A DNA stretch of 64,000 bases from Paecilomyces variotii. Taxonomy: Eukaryota. A model generated the notes under the pieces. It ran no database searches and was not told where the DNA came from. It saw nothing but the letters and a program-made list of their open reading frames with translations. Location of the stretch: NCBI GenBank assembly GCA_004022145.1, contig RCNU01000002.1; one strand, written 5' to 3'. A program made the position numbers and the translations under genes. Positions 53,834 through 64,000 of the stretch are shown in pieces (the stretch's first letter is position 1; each line of letters starts with the position of its first letter).

Positions 53834-56829
53834 AGTTCCCGATAGTGAGTCGGCAGCTTTACCCGACCCAGGAGTAATAGCTATGCTGATGGCAGAATTC
53901 GGTTGTGACAGTGTCTTCTCACAGCCCTACCCTTCGACAGCAAGCCAAGACGGAAGGGAGTTGACCTGCCTCGAGGAGCAATAATATCTATAGCTGCCGT
54001 TCTAGAGGAAGACTCTTCCAAGAGAAAAGCAGCTGGACGATCCGGGTGGATAGTTAGAGCATCTGCATACTTATCGAGCTGTGGTATTTCTTTGAGTTGA
54101 TGTCTCCTGGATGCCAATACAAGAGCATTTAGGAGCAGGTAGTAATTGGCCGATGCTCACAATTTGAACTCTTTGTCACTTGAGCAGTTGTTGCCCCCAG
54201 TCGTCCGCTCAGGGGCAGCGTTTCTTGATCAACAGTGAGTTTGGATGACACTAAGATTTCCAAAAGAATCTTGAAAGAGTTGCGGGAAGTGCAAGCGGGA
54301 CCCACGAGATCGCTTGGCGCTGGACTTCCTCTTAGTACAGTAAGAGTAATCTCTGCCTCGCCCACTGGCATCCCAATAATAGCCTTCTATGTATTAACTT
54401 GATTAGCTTTTCTGATAGGCGGGTAATGATATATTAACGCACCTGGTACTGGGGTGCTGCGTCTTTTTGACTCGTCCGTCATTACCATCCGCGTTTTATG
54501 CAGTACATACAAAGACAGTAAGTGATCTACAGTACGTTGCCCTACTTGCAAAGGTACTGTACATACTACATACTGATAATATACAAGGACAATAGTATAG
54601 CCATTGGACGGGCCCTTGAATATATGTGGTGGCTGTTAGACTGTCTTAATTCTCTGGCAGAGAAAGATGAAAGCAAAGAGTAAGTAGTCAACACCCAGTA
54701 GAAGTGGATATACTGTACGGTACCTTATGGAAACTACCACATGGCCCACTATTTCCCAGATAATATCCTCCGAAGCAGGCAGCAATTCTCGAGGTATCCT
54801 GACACCACATGTGAAGGCGTTGGAACCCCCATGATCCCGTGCGTCCTCAAGGCCCGTGGCTGGCAATCCATGGGAATAATGGGGCAAATGCCTACGCAGT
54901 ACTTGATGAACGGGGCTCCGCGCAACAGGGAGATCCTTGAAATCCACTATCGGAACTATTTTCCTGACAAGATCCCGCAGAAAACACCAAGAACGTACCC
55001 CATAATGCCACTAACTGCCATGTTTCCACGGTCGACTGTGTCCGTCGAAAGGGCCACATTGAGTTGCGTGATCCTACTGTGAGGGAGATGGGAAACTGGA
55101 CAGTCTCTGGCTCACAGCTATTAGTTACTAGCGTGGTGCGAGTTATGCTTCTGGTAATGCGACTAAATTAAAACTTCCCACGAACGATTCCCATGATTTT
55201 CATTGCTGGTGCCGACCTCATTAGAATACTTCTTACAGACCACTAATGCTGTCATCTTCCCACTAGCTCTAGCTGTTGTTCATTGATATCAGGAAGCGGG
55301 AAGACAAAGTTGACATCGGCCTCGAGTAAGCGATGATACTTCCCGCGAGCCAGGTAAAATAGGGTAAAAGGTAATAGTTAGCTCTCGGAATATGACTACA
55401 CTTCTCATCATTCGCTCTCCAATCAGCAGAGGATATTCGAATAGTGGCAGTCGGCAGAATGTGGCACTGTCAGATTAACTCTATATATATTATTTCATCT
55501 CGAAGTCAAAATATTATAATTACCAATTACGCTCCTGGCCCCTAAACTCTTCAATTCATCTTCCGCTTTTCTCGAGATCTCTCAGCAAATACAGTCTAAT
55601 AGATACTGCATAGTTGTGTTTTCCACTCAGTAGCCAACAAACAGGACGAGGGCTGCGCGAGCCACACGCATGGAAGAACAAAAGACATCCATGTATATGT
55701 GAACCTGCACGCGAATATTAGCATGGACCCAAGTCTCAGATATATTTCAGCAGGTCGAAATGAAGAAAAATCAAGAAAGCAGCCGGCTATCTCTCCGGCG
55801 AGCGATCATACACGACCTCAACGTCCTGGTGAAACCGTGCAATCCGTGGAAAAGAAAAGCCACACGGCCCAGGGATTTATCCCCGTCGGCACGGGATAAT
55901 AATAATATTCGGAGACATGTCGCGTGCGGGCGCAAATCAGACTTGCAGGAAGAATCCTCAGACAAGCGATAGTTAGTTAGGTAGTTAGCTGTTGTTCAGA
56001 TGCTGACCTTGATCCTGGGACCCAGTAAGTAAAAGCCCACTTACATACTTGGCGATACGGAACGCAACCCCGGCCATTAGTATCGATCGGCCAGCCGTGG
56101 GGAACACGTTTTCATCTGCGTTTTCTCTGATACTCAATTATCGGCACTGGATCCATAAACGAAATTTCCGACAGCGACTATTGATTTTGACTTTGGCCAC
56201 AACGTTCGACTGGCGCTCTGCCCTCCGGATAGAACAATGGTTTCTGTGCCAATTGCTAGATTCTCTTTGCATCCCACTAACCGGCTGCTCCCGACAAGCT
56301 CTGGCCAGCGGACTTGCAGATCCCGAGAAAATGCGTTATTCCCTTCTGCGTAGATTGGCAACGGGACCTGTAGAGTCGGCATATTAGTTCAGAGACAGTA
56401 TCATATCATGCATGATGTCCAGTGCGGACTCATCTGGCAGACGATGTCTAGAGCGCTACTTAGTGGATACCCTCAAGCGCCGTGGCTGGATAACCTGTTG
56501 CTGCAGACGGATCGCCCATGGGTTTGGGAACGATGGAGAATGACATCGGCGGGCTTGTCCTCTCTGCCCTGCATACTTTAGATGCGATGCAGCGGAACTT
56601 TAGCTGCTGATGATTGGTGTTTCTGCGGAATCCAGAGGATCTGTTTTCCAAAGAGCAACTCCCATACAAAGTCTCTCAACGATTCGCCCAAGATGGAAGA
56701 GGCAGGCAAACTCTCGCTTTTTAAAGGACGCTATAGTTCTTCTCTGTGTGCCACAATTCTGCTCTGGCTAGCACGGAGACGCAGCAAGAAGTCATGTTTA
56801 TCCGATCGTAATGTGTTCCTACCAGGAAA

Positions 56830-57568
56830 ATGCACCTCTCGCGGATCATGAACGATGATGGCCGGCGCCAGCAGCAGCGGCGTCATTCCAGCCAGAGTCT
56901 TCGATGCTCAGCACCTCCCCCTCAACGCAGTATGTCTGATTTGTTCCCCTTTATTTTGCTTGCTCTCGCATGGCCGTAAGTACAGAGTTGACCAACCCCT
57001 CCCGCAACAGCCATCCCGAGCTCGCTTTCTCCCAGCGCAGAGAGCGCATTACCCAAGGCCAGCAGCGGTCGTGCCGCTAGAGCCTGCGAACCTTGCAGAC
57101 AGCGGAAAGCCAGATGCAGCGGGACGGAACCCATGTGCGCTCAATGCGAGGCATTGAAGCTCAAGTGTACGTATACAGGCGGGAAACGGGAGCGGGATAG
57201 AATGTGAGTCTCTAGTAACGAACAGTGATTGATTATATATCATTTACGTGCCCGCCCCCCAAACAAGACATAATTAAATAAATATAAGAGAAAACCGTTC
57301 CTGCTAGTACTAAAAATCTATCTAGCCATCTACAAAGCCTTCTGAATGCCGTCAAGGACTATGAAGATGTCCTCCGTGATATGCTTCCGCGAGTATCGTA
57401 CGAGGATGCCCAGCGGATACGGTTCGCTCTTGCACAGGTGAGCTCATAACCTTATGACATGATCATTACTTGCAAATTCTCTTTTGACCATCATGATTTT
57501 CGGGACTTCCATTGACCATTGTATAGCATGCAGGCGTCGCGGAGGAAACACGAAATCCATTTAGCTAA
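56830..57568 (+). CDS. Minimal Zn(II)2Cys6 protein, 148 aa (exons 56830-56929, 57011-57203, 57326-57437, 57527-57568); not in the ORF track
   Basis: Exon 2 encodes ACEPCRQRKARCSGTEPMCAQCEALKLKC. Three GT-AG introns (GTATGT, GTGAGT, GTGAGC donors) join 447 nt in frame from ATG to TAA. Exon 3 encodes the coiled-coil-like LLNAVKDYEDVLRDMLPRVSYEDAQRIRFAL. Confidence 0.8.
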
Positions 57569-58178
57569 GACGGGATTTCAACTCAGATTTACTATATTCG
57601 CGGGGAATTATGAGGGTAAAAAGAAAAGAGTGTTGATTTCGAAGCAAGCCGCATTTTCTTAAGCATGAATGCCATTTTTCAATACCGGTTACAGGGGCAA
57701 AAAGCCTCCCACATAATTTTGCGGTTGCGGTTGGTTTTGATCAGTTCTCATGTCTGGGGAGGGCAAAAAAAGGTACAAAAAGGCACAGGAATGGGTTAGA
57801 TCTATCTTATAGACTACAAAATGATCGCATCAATTCTCAACTTTCACAATATCTTCGTTTACCTATAAAAGTATGTAGAAGCAATTGATCCGCGCGCGTA
57901 TTTGAGATCAGGCTAGTCCAGTCGCGTAGAAACAGGGAATATATATACATCGCTTAGAAATAGACAAAAATGGCCGAATCAACAAATCTGACGTACCGAT
58001 CGAGAGGTATAGTACTTAGGAAGCAGAATATGTGCAGCTGGATCAGAGAAGAACATGGAGAAACAATAGGATATAGTAAAAGAAACATAGTGGTATCATC
58101 GGTTATCCACGAAATGATGAAAAGCACTGTACCGGAACGCCGATGACACCATTGCCGCTGCTCAGTTGAAATTTTGCG

Positions 58179-60465
58179 CTAATAAGTATATTGATAATGG
58201 TCGAGATGGTTATGCGGTGCAACGTAGTGATTTTGATACGGGTGGTTCTCCATTGAGAAGTCCGCGGTAGCCATCAACGGATTGACAATACCGGAGGGAA
58301 TCCTTGGCCGTGTCATAGGTGGCATGGCGGAATTTAGCAGAGAGCCAGCTGTCAATGAATTTCCACCAGGTGTATTGGAGCTTGGAATCCAGCCCCACTT
58401 CTCTTGGAGTTCTGACTTCAGAAATCCAACTCTCCAGCCGGTCTCCTTGATAATCTTATCAAGGATCTCTAGTACTTCTTCTTGAGCTTCTCTGCCCACG
58501 AGACATTCAGCTGCGATGGCAAGACAGCGAATGGAAACGCTCGCGACGCCCCTAATGAAATCAGCAAAGGGTTCAACGGCAGGTAATTACGAAGGGAGGC
58601 TTCTCACCTGTCCTTGACGTGGGCGACGATTCCGCAAATGTCGTGAGCATGGCTTTGCTGCATATTCCGCATTTCAGGGCTGAATTCAGACTCCGTCGGA
58701 TGGACCTTGGCCAGGAGTGTGCATGCAGTATGGTAGAATAACCGGGCAACAACAGCGGAGCGTTTGATGAGCCTAAATAACATTAGTTTTTTGAGCAGGA
58801 AACACATGATGTGGACCGGCATACCAAACTTCTGGAAAAGAAGACTTTGAATTAGTTTGCCAAGGCTGAAGATAGCCAAGCGGCATCATTGACCGAGGCA
58901 CATTCTTCGCCCACTCATCGCACCAACTTTTGTATGTGTTCCACTCTTGACATCGTTGACTGATCCTAATATCGTGGGCCACGCGGTCAGGTCCCTGAAA
59001 CTGCGGGACTGACGAACGGAAATTTGCGATCTTGGCACAGATATAGACTATCCGATGAGTCCATAGTTCCTCGTCTCCGGTGATGCCACCCGGAACTAAA
59101 CTCATGTTCATGTCGACACCCCAGGTATCCGGATCCCACGCCATCTTCCAGTTGAAGTGCAAGCAACTCAGTAGTTCCATTCCGACATTCAGCCAAAAAC
59201 ACGCACCCCCAATGCCCGGGGTTTTCGCATCCCAACGGCACTCCTTGATGAGAGCTCTAGCACCCGCGATATGATTCATGCGTTGCATTGCCTTCTCACA
59301 CATAACTTCATAAACATTGAGAATAACTGCGGTCGTAGCACATAATACAGTGTCCCTGTCTGGGTCCTGTAAACAAGTAAGGAGCTGCCGTGAGACTATA
59401 TTGTAGTAATGCAACGCCTTGTCCTCCCCATATGATGGGTTCACAAGGTAGAGGTGCCTTGCTCCACACGCCATGAAGGCATTCAACAGCATAGGCTCAC
59501 CAAGGGCATGGAAAGGCAAGATATGGGAAAACTGATTACGTTAGCTAGTGAGTAACTGTGAGGGGTTATGGACATACGTGTTTGTTTACATCCATAGAAT
59601 CCATCCACAGACCAACTTCTTCAACAAATACTTGCATCAGAAGGACTTCTTCCGCACTGTTCAGATATGTCCGCCCGCCTGAAGACTGCATCATTGACAT
59701 TTTAGGCATATTGAAGGATGGATGTGGCATTGTATGGTCTGCGAAAGCAGGTTGTGGGGCAGAATATGAGCCGTCGTGAAATATATGCTCATTGATGTCT
59801 GTCTGATGTGGCTCTGAATATGTTGATAGAAGAGAAGGGGTGACTGGCAGACTCCTTCGAGCAAGCGTTGGAGCGCCCAGGATATCAAAATCGAAACTTG
59901 GCGAATCATCTTTCTCCATAAGAGGATCCTGTTTGAGAGGCGGATATCTTTCGAAGCCACCTTTGTACTCTGAAGCGATCTCCCTTGACTCATCCTGAAA
60001 GGCAAGCTGAGTTCCCGGTGGATGAGCAATGTTGAATGGAGGAGCAACTGTCTGAGTGTCTATGAAGTTCAGTCGAATGCCACGTTTACAGAGCCTGTCA
60101 GACTTCTGGCAGTTTTGACATCTGGGCAAGGCTTCATCACACTTCAAATGTCGCTCTCGACAAGTAAGACAGCCAGTGCGAACACGCCTTGGCTTTTGCG
60201 CTTCTTTTACTGTATCTCTCTGCGGTTTCGACGCATGATGCGGCGATTGGGAACTGGAGCTTCTCGGAGACGGCCTCTGGTCTGTATTTAGGGCTCGCGT
60301 CTGTGACTGGGTATCGAAATCTCCCCCAGATTTGCGGGAGCCGGAAACGTCGTGGCTCGTCGATGCTAAGGAAGCCGCCTCAGCAGCGGCAGCAGTAGGA
60401 GCTGCGATATCCAAGGGAATATCGAAATCTGCTAAATGGCTGCTGACGGCGGAAGCCATGGCCAT
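58179..60465 (-). CDS. Zn(II)2Cys6 transcription factor with a fungal-specific C-terminal domain (4 exons)
   Basis: RRVRTGCLTCRERHLKCDEALPRCQNCQKSDRLC; LLMQVFVEEVGLWMD, MLLNAFMACGARHL, HVKDR^GVASVSIRCLAIAAECL. Confidence 0.93.
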
Positions 60466-62451
60466 TAGTTATAGCCACCAGATAATATCACGTAGACTTT
60501 CCACCAGTCTCAAAGCGCCTTTCGCGCCAGAGATCAACCTCCGCCCAGACCCATATAATTCAGCGCTTATAGGAATGTCGAACCTCCGAGCGATATCACA
60601 CGTATATCAGGTGCACTGAGCGTGGCCGGCACGCGTGCGACTATGGAATATAGAATATTGAATCTTTCCGCAGAACGTAGCATGAACTCTGGGTGTGACA
60701 GAGCTTCGGGGCAGGATGCAGAATAGACAGCTGTGGGCCGCTGCTTTGCACAGACTATGGTCGAGGATTCTCCGGTGCAAAACAGTGACTTTCTTCCCTC
60801 CAATGGAGTGCTCGAGATGAAGGCTGGCGGAAGATGCTTATCTGCTTTCGTATGGATCGGTGTCAGCTATGTAAAAAGAATTTCAATTCCTGGATTGTGC
60901 AGAAACGAGACAAGTGCAACGTACCACATCATCCGCGTTGGATGTAGACTGATGCGATAGAATGAGACTGGGATTTGCAGGAGAACGGCCAAGCACCATG
61001 GGAAAAAGCGATTCGATGGACGTGATGATAACCTTCACGTCTGATCTCCAGAGCACAGCGGGGATATCTCAATTCGATTGCGGACTCGGGGAAAGCACAG
61101 ACTGGGGCAGCTAGTGGTTAAGTGAAATTGACAACAGGACGTTGAGCGAAACTCCGCATCATCCTCGTAACGGCGAATCTGCACAGAGACCATATCAATC
61201 CAGGTGGTTCGCCTCGAACGATCCGTCTGTCACAACTCGAGTGGGCACATCTCGCAGATCTGGTGCGCCGGGGCGGCTAGGCCGTAGTGGAGGCAGCACG
61301 CGGCGGGATCGGCGGGCATTCTCGGGGAAAACGGTATATACGGAGTAGGTTCAAACTTCAGGGCCATCAAATCTTAAACTCTTTTCGACGCATCGCATAA
61401 CTGGCGTGGAACGAGCGTGCGCCGGCTGATTGATAAAGACGGCTGTAGAAAACACCTTTGGCCGTGTCCGTGATGCTGTCGGCTGCAGGGAGCTCAGCGC
61501 GGATCTTCGTCTGGCCAGCGGGCAGTGCCAAGTCTGGGGACTCGACACCAATGCCCTCGTGGAACCTGAAACAAATGATGGTGTATTCAAGGATTTCATC
61601 CCCCGGCAGTCTCAGATATCAGCATTCGCGCCTGCAATAGGAGATGGTGACGAGTTTGTGTGGCGCCGCTAGGAGAGAGACGAACTTTTGGGTAGTGGAA
61701 TGGAGTTTTCGACTGGGAAGCAGAAGCAAGAAGAGGCTACTCTTGCCGTTGCACATCACAGCAGATGTACAGTAGATATATCGGATCATCAGTCTGCAAC
61801 TGAATATTCCAGTATGTAAGACTGCTACGATAAATCACCGGTGTCATCAGCTAAGTGCCTTCTGTTCCTGCATAGCCTCCCATGAATATCCAACTCTATA
61901 ATTGCTCCTTGTTGTTATGAGAAGTGGAGTGTTTTTGGTGTTCAGTGAATCAGTCCAGTTTTAGGATTCCAAATTCTCCACTGCCACACTCTCAGAAGCT
62001 AGTAAGTTACAGTACGGGGTATATCTTCCCATATGGGTCTCAATGGGGAAGGTCAATAACCCTCCGACAGGGTGTAGTCACGCCTCCTCTGATAGTATTC
62101 AGGCATCTCAAGAGTCTATCGCTCGCGAAAGTGCCAAAGCTATCTGCCTAGTCCGCCCACCCAGGAATGAATCGAATAAATGGACGCCGTGCCCGAAACA
62201 AGAGACCAGCGAATTAGGAATTCTATATCTTCTAACTATTCGCCTCTCTGGCCAGTGCGGTATTCCGCTGGGATGCCCCTGATCGCAACGGGTAGATATG
62301 AAACAGTATCGCGGTGCGACACGGACACTTTTGTCGATCACCACGGAAAACGAAACCTCCAGGCAGTCCTCTCATGTTAGGTATATCCTCGTCAAAATCC
62401 CATCATAGAATAACTCATGGCATTCATCATCGCATTGTATTGCATTTCATA

Positions 62452-62868
62452 TCAAAAACAACCACCAAGGTTCGGTTCATGTACGTAAGTGAAGCCTCGA
62501 ACTGTCTGCTCCCCTCCATGGTCGCATGTATCCATCAAGGCCTTGAGAACGCGGTAACAAGTCTTGAAATATAATCTCTGTTCGAATCTCGCATCATTTG
62601 CGATCTCAAAAGTGATTCGACTCCCCTGTTTGACATTGTAGCAGACGCGTCTCACAGAGGGAGAGAAATTTGACGTTGCTGGACCATATGAGCCACCAAG
62701 AGCGTAGCATGCTCGTTCTGCATAGGCCCAAGTCTTGCTTTTGGAAGCACCATCATCATCATTCCGTATGACAGAACAGCCATAGTAGCAATGACTGGCA
62801 GATACTAGAGGCGAAACAACCAGTAGGAAAAGTATTATCGGTTTGATAATGTTTGTGTGGACGATCAT
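62452..62868 (-). CDS. Small secreted cysteine-rich protein, 138 aa, resembling the glycan-binding Y3-like family
   Basis: ATG at 62868, hydrophobic signal peptide IILFLLVVSPLVSA, 7 Cys and C-terminus C..CDHGG...FTY..EPNLGGC. Confidence 0.75.
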   Translation of the reverse strand: MIVHTNIIKPIILFLLVVSPLVSASHCYYGCSVIRNDDDGASKSKTWAYAERACYALGGSYGPATSNFSPSVRRVCYNVKQGSRITFEIANDARFEQRLYFKTCYRVLKALMDTCDHGGEQTVRGFTYVHEPNLGGCF

Positions 62869-64000
62869 CGTGGGAGTCGTTTCGGACCAAGATCGTACAG
62901 AATTGGAAAAAGAAAAAGAAAAGCAAAACCAGATTTCCAAAGTCCTACAGAGAGATCAAGGTGCTTCGTATGGCTATTAAATAAACAGTAAGCTGCAGCC
63001 CCCATCCCTCGTGTAATTCATAAGCACTATCTGCCAATATCCATATTAGGCCCCGAAGCAGCAAATCATCATGAGAGTAGCAGTCAATATTCTTAGTCCA
63101 GGTAGCACAAGCCACTCTTTAAATAGAAACCCTGTTTCCAGACCTCCAGGCCCCAATACAGCAAGAATCCTCCGATCTATTTCGCTGTCGACGGTGTGTT
63201 TATTGGCGCTTGGCGTAAGATATGGCCCCCATGCGAGCTCTGTGTTTACTTGGCGTCTGACCTCATACTGCGATAGGCAATCTTTAGATATTAATTAGAT
63301 GCACAGAGATTGACACGTGTAATTCACTTTGCTAAGTGAATGATGTATATTTCAAATGGATGAAACCTTACGATCCATCAGACAAACGATGAGAAGATGC
63401 CATACTTTAGCGTCAGAGACAAACAAAAGGAATAACGCCATAGAATTTTTTTTATACAATAGAGATCGTCGCTAGTCCCTGAGGACTATTGGATACGATT
63501 ATCCAGAAACGTACTCAGCGAGGAAAATAGATCTAGACTCGAGAATCGCGATATAACGCCCGTTGTAGGTCTCCAGATGTTGGAGGTTACGATTTCAATC
63601 TACTCTATATGATTCTATGGGGGTCCTCCGTACAATATCAAGATGACCGGAACTCCTTTTGCATTCCCTACCTATCTAACACGAATATACACGTTAAGGA
63701 ACACGTTAGGCCGAGAACCCCTTTTTTTTTTTATGCAAACGGTGCTTGGAATAGACAATTTTGAGAAGGATGAGAAATTGCCAAACTGGGGAAGAGAATA
63801 AAGAAGCGCCGATAACATGCACATAATTTTGGGCATACAATAGAACGGATGGGAATGCCTTTCATGAGTTGTGTCTTGCCATTGATAATTCGAAGCAGTC
63901 ATAACCCCAATTTGCATATTCTAAGCTTTTTTTTTAACAACTCAATTGACTTTTTGGTCCGACATTTATCAGTCTGGACTTGATCCAAAGATATCAATCT

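Noticed and set aside
53881..55082. Short ORFs (53881-54371 minus; 54741-55082 plus with two YFPD motifs)
   Set aside because: No recognisable domain or coherent gene structure; may be relics but unsupported.
55980..56030. Possible [D1,2] stwintron (G|GTAGTT...GCTGAC...CAG|TAAGT)
   Set aside because: Internal donor is non-consensus, there is no clear external branch/acceptor, and there is no host gene.
61100..61170. tRNA A-box-like GCTAGTGGTTAAG
   Set aside because: No B-box (GTTCRA) at a suitable distance and no cloverleaf.
61351..61672. GC-rich coding-like fragment
   Set aside because: No start or splice structure and no family could be assigned on either strand.

Overview
Eukaryotic, intron-rich DNA from a filamentous ascomycete. 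Gene content and intron signals (GTRNGT...CTRAC...YAG) point to Eurotiales (Aspergillus/Paecilomyces-like); the species cannot be fixed from the sequence. Most short ORFs in the supplied track are exon fragments or antisense shadows, so gene models were rebuilt by hand. Conserved genes: a 5'-truncated RING-finger SNF2 helicase, MCM6, a fungal transcription-factor-domain protein, a CSC1/OSCA (DUF221) channel, a conserved hypothetical protein, a PNPOx-like FMN-binding protein, LEA1 (U2A'), YND1 apyrase, an Amt/Mep ammonium transporter, a GPAT/DHAPAT acyltransferase ending in SKL, PAN6, DBP7, ASA1, a full-length Zn2Cys6 factor and a small secreted Cys-rich protein. The interval ~16.3-34 kb is gene-poor and accessory-like. 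It holds a decayed Gypsy-type gag relic interleaved with an HNH pseudogene, an orphan with an Acm1-like ABBA-KEN-D-box triad, and an orphan zinc-finger gene whose ~1.3 kb upstream tandem-repeat region has no sense-strand ATG. A four-exon 148-aa mini Zn2Cys6 gene, absent from the ORF track, lies at 56830-57568. No tRNA, rRNA, CRISPR array or secondary-metabolite backbone gene was recognised. Family assignments come from recalled motifs, not database searches.
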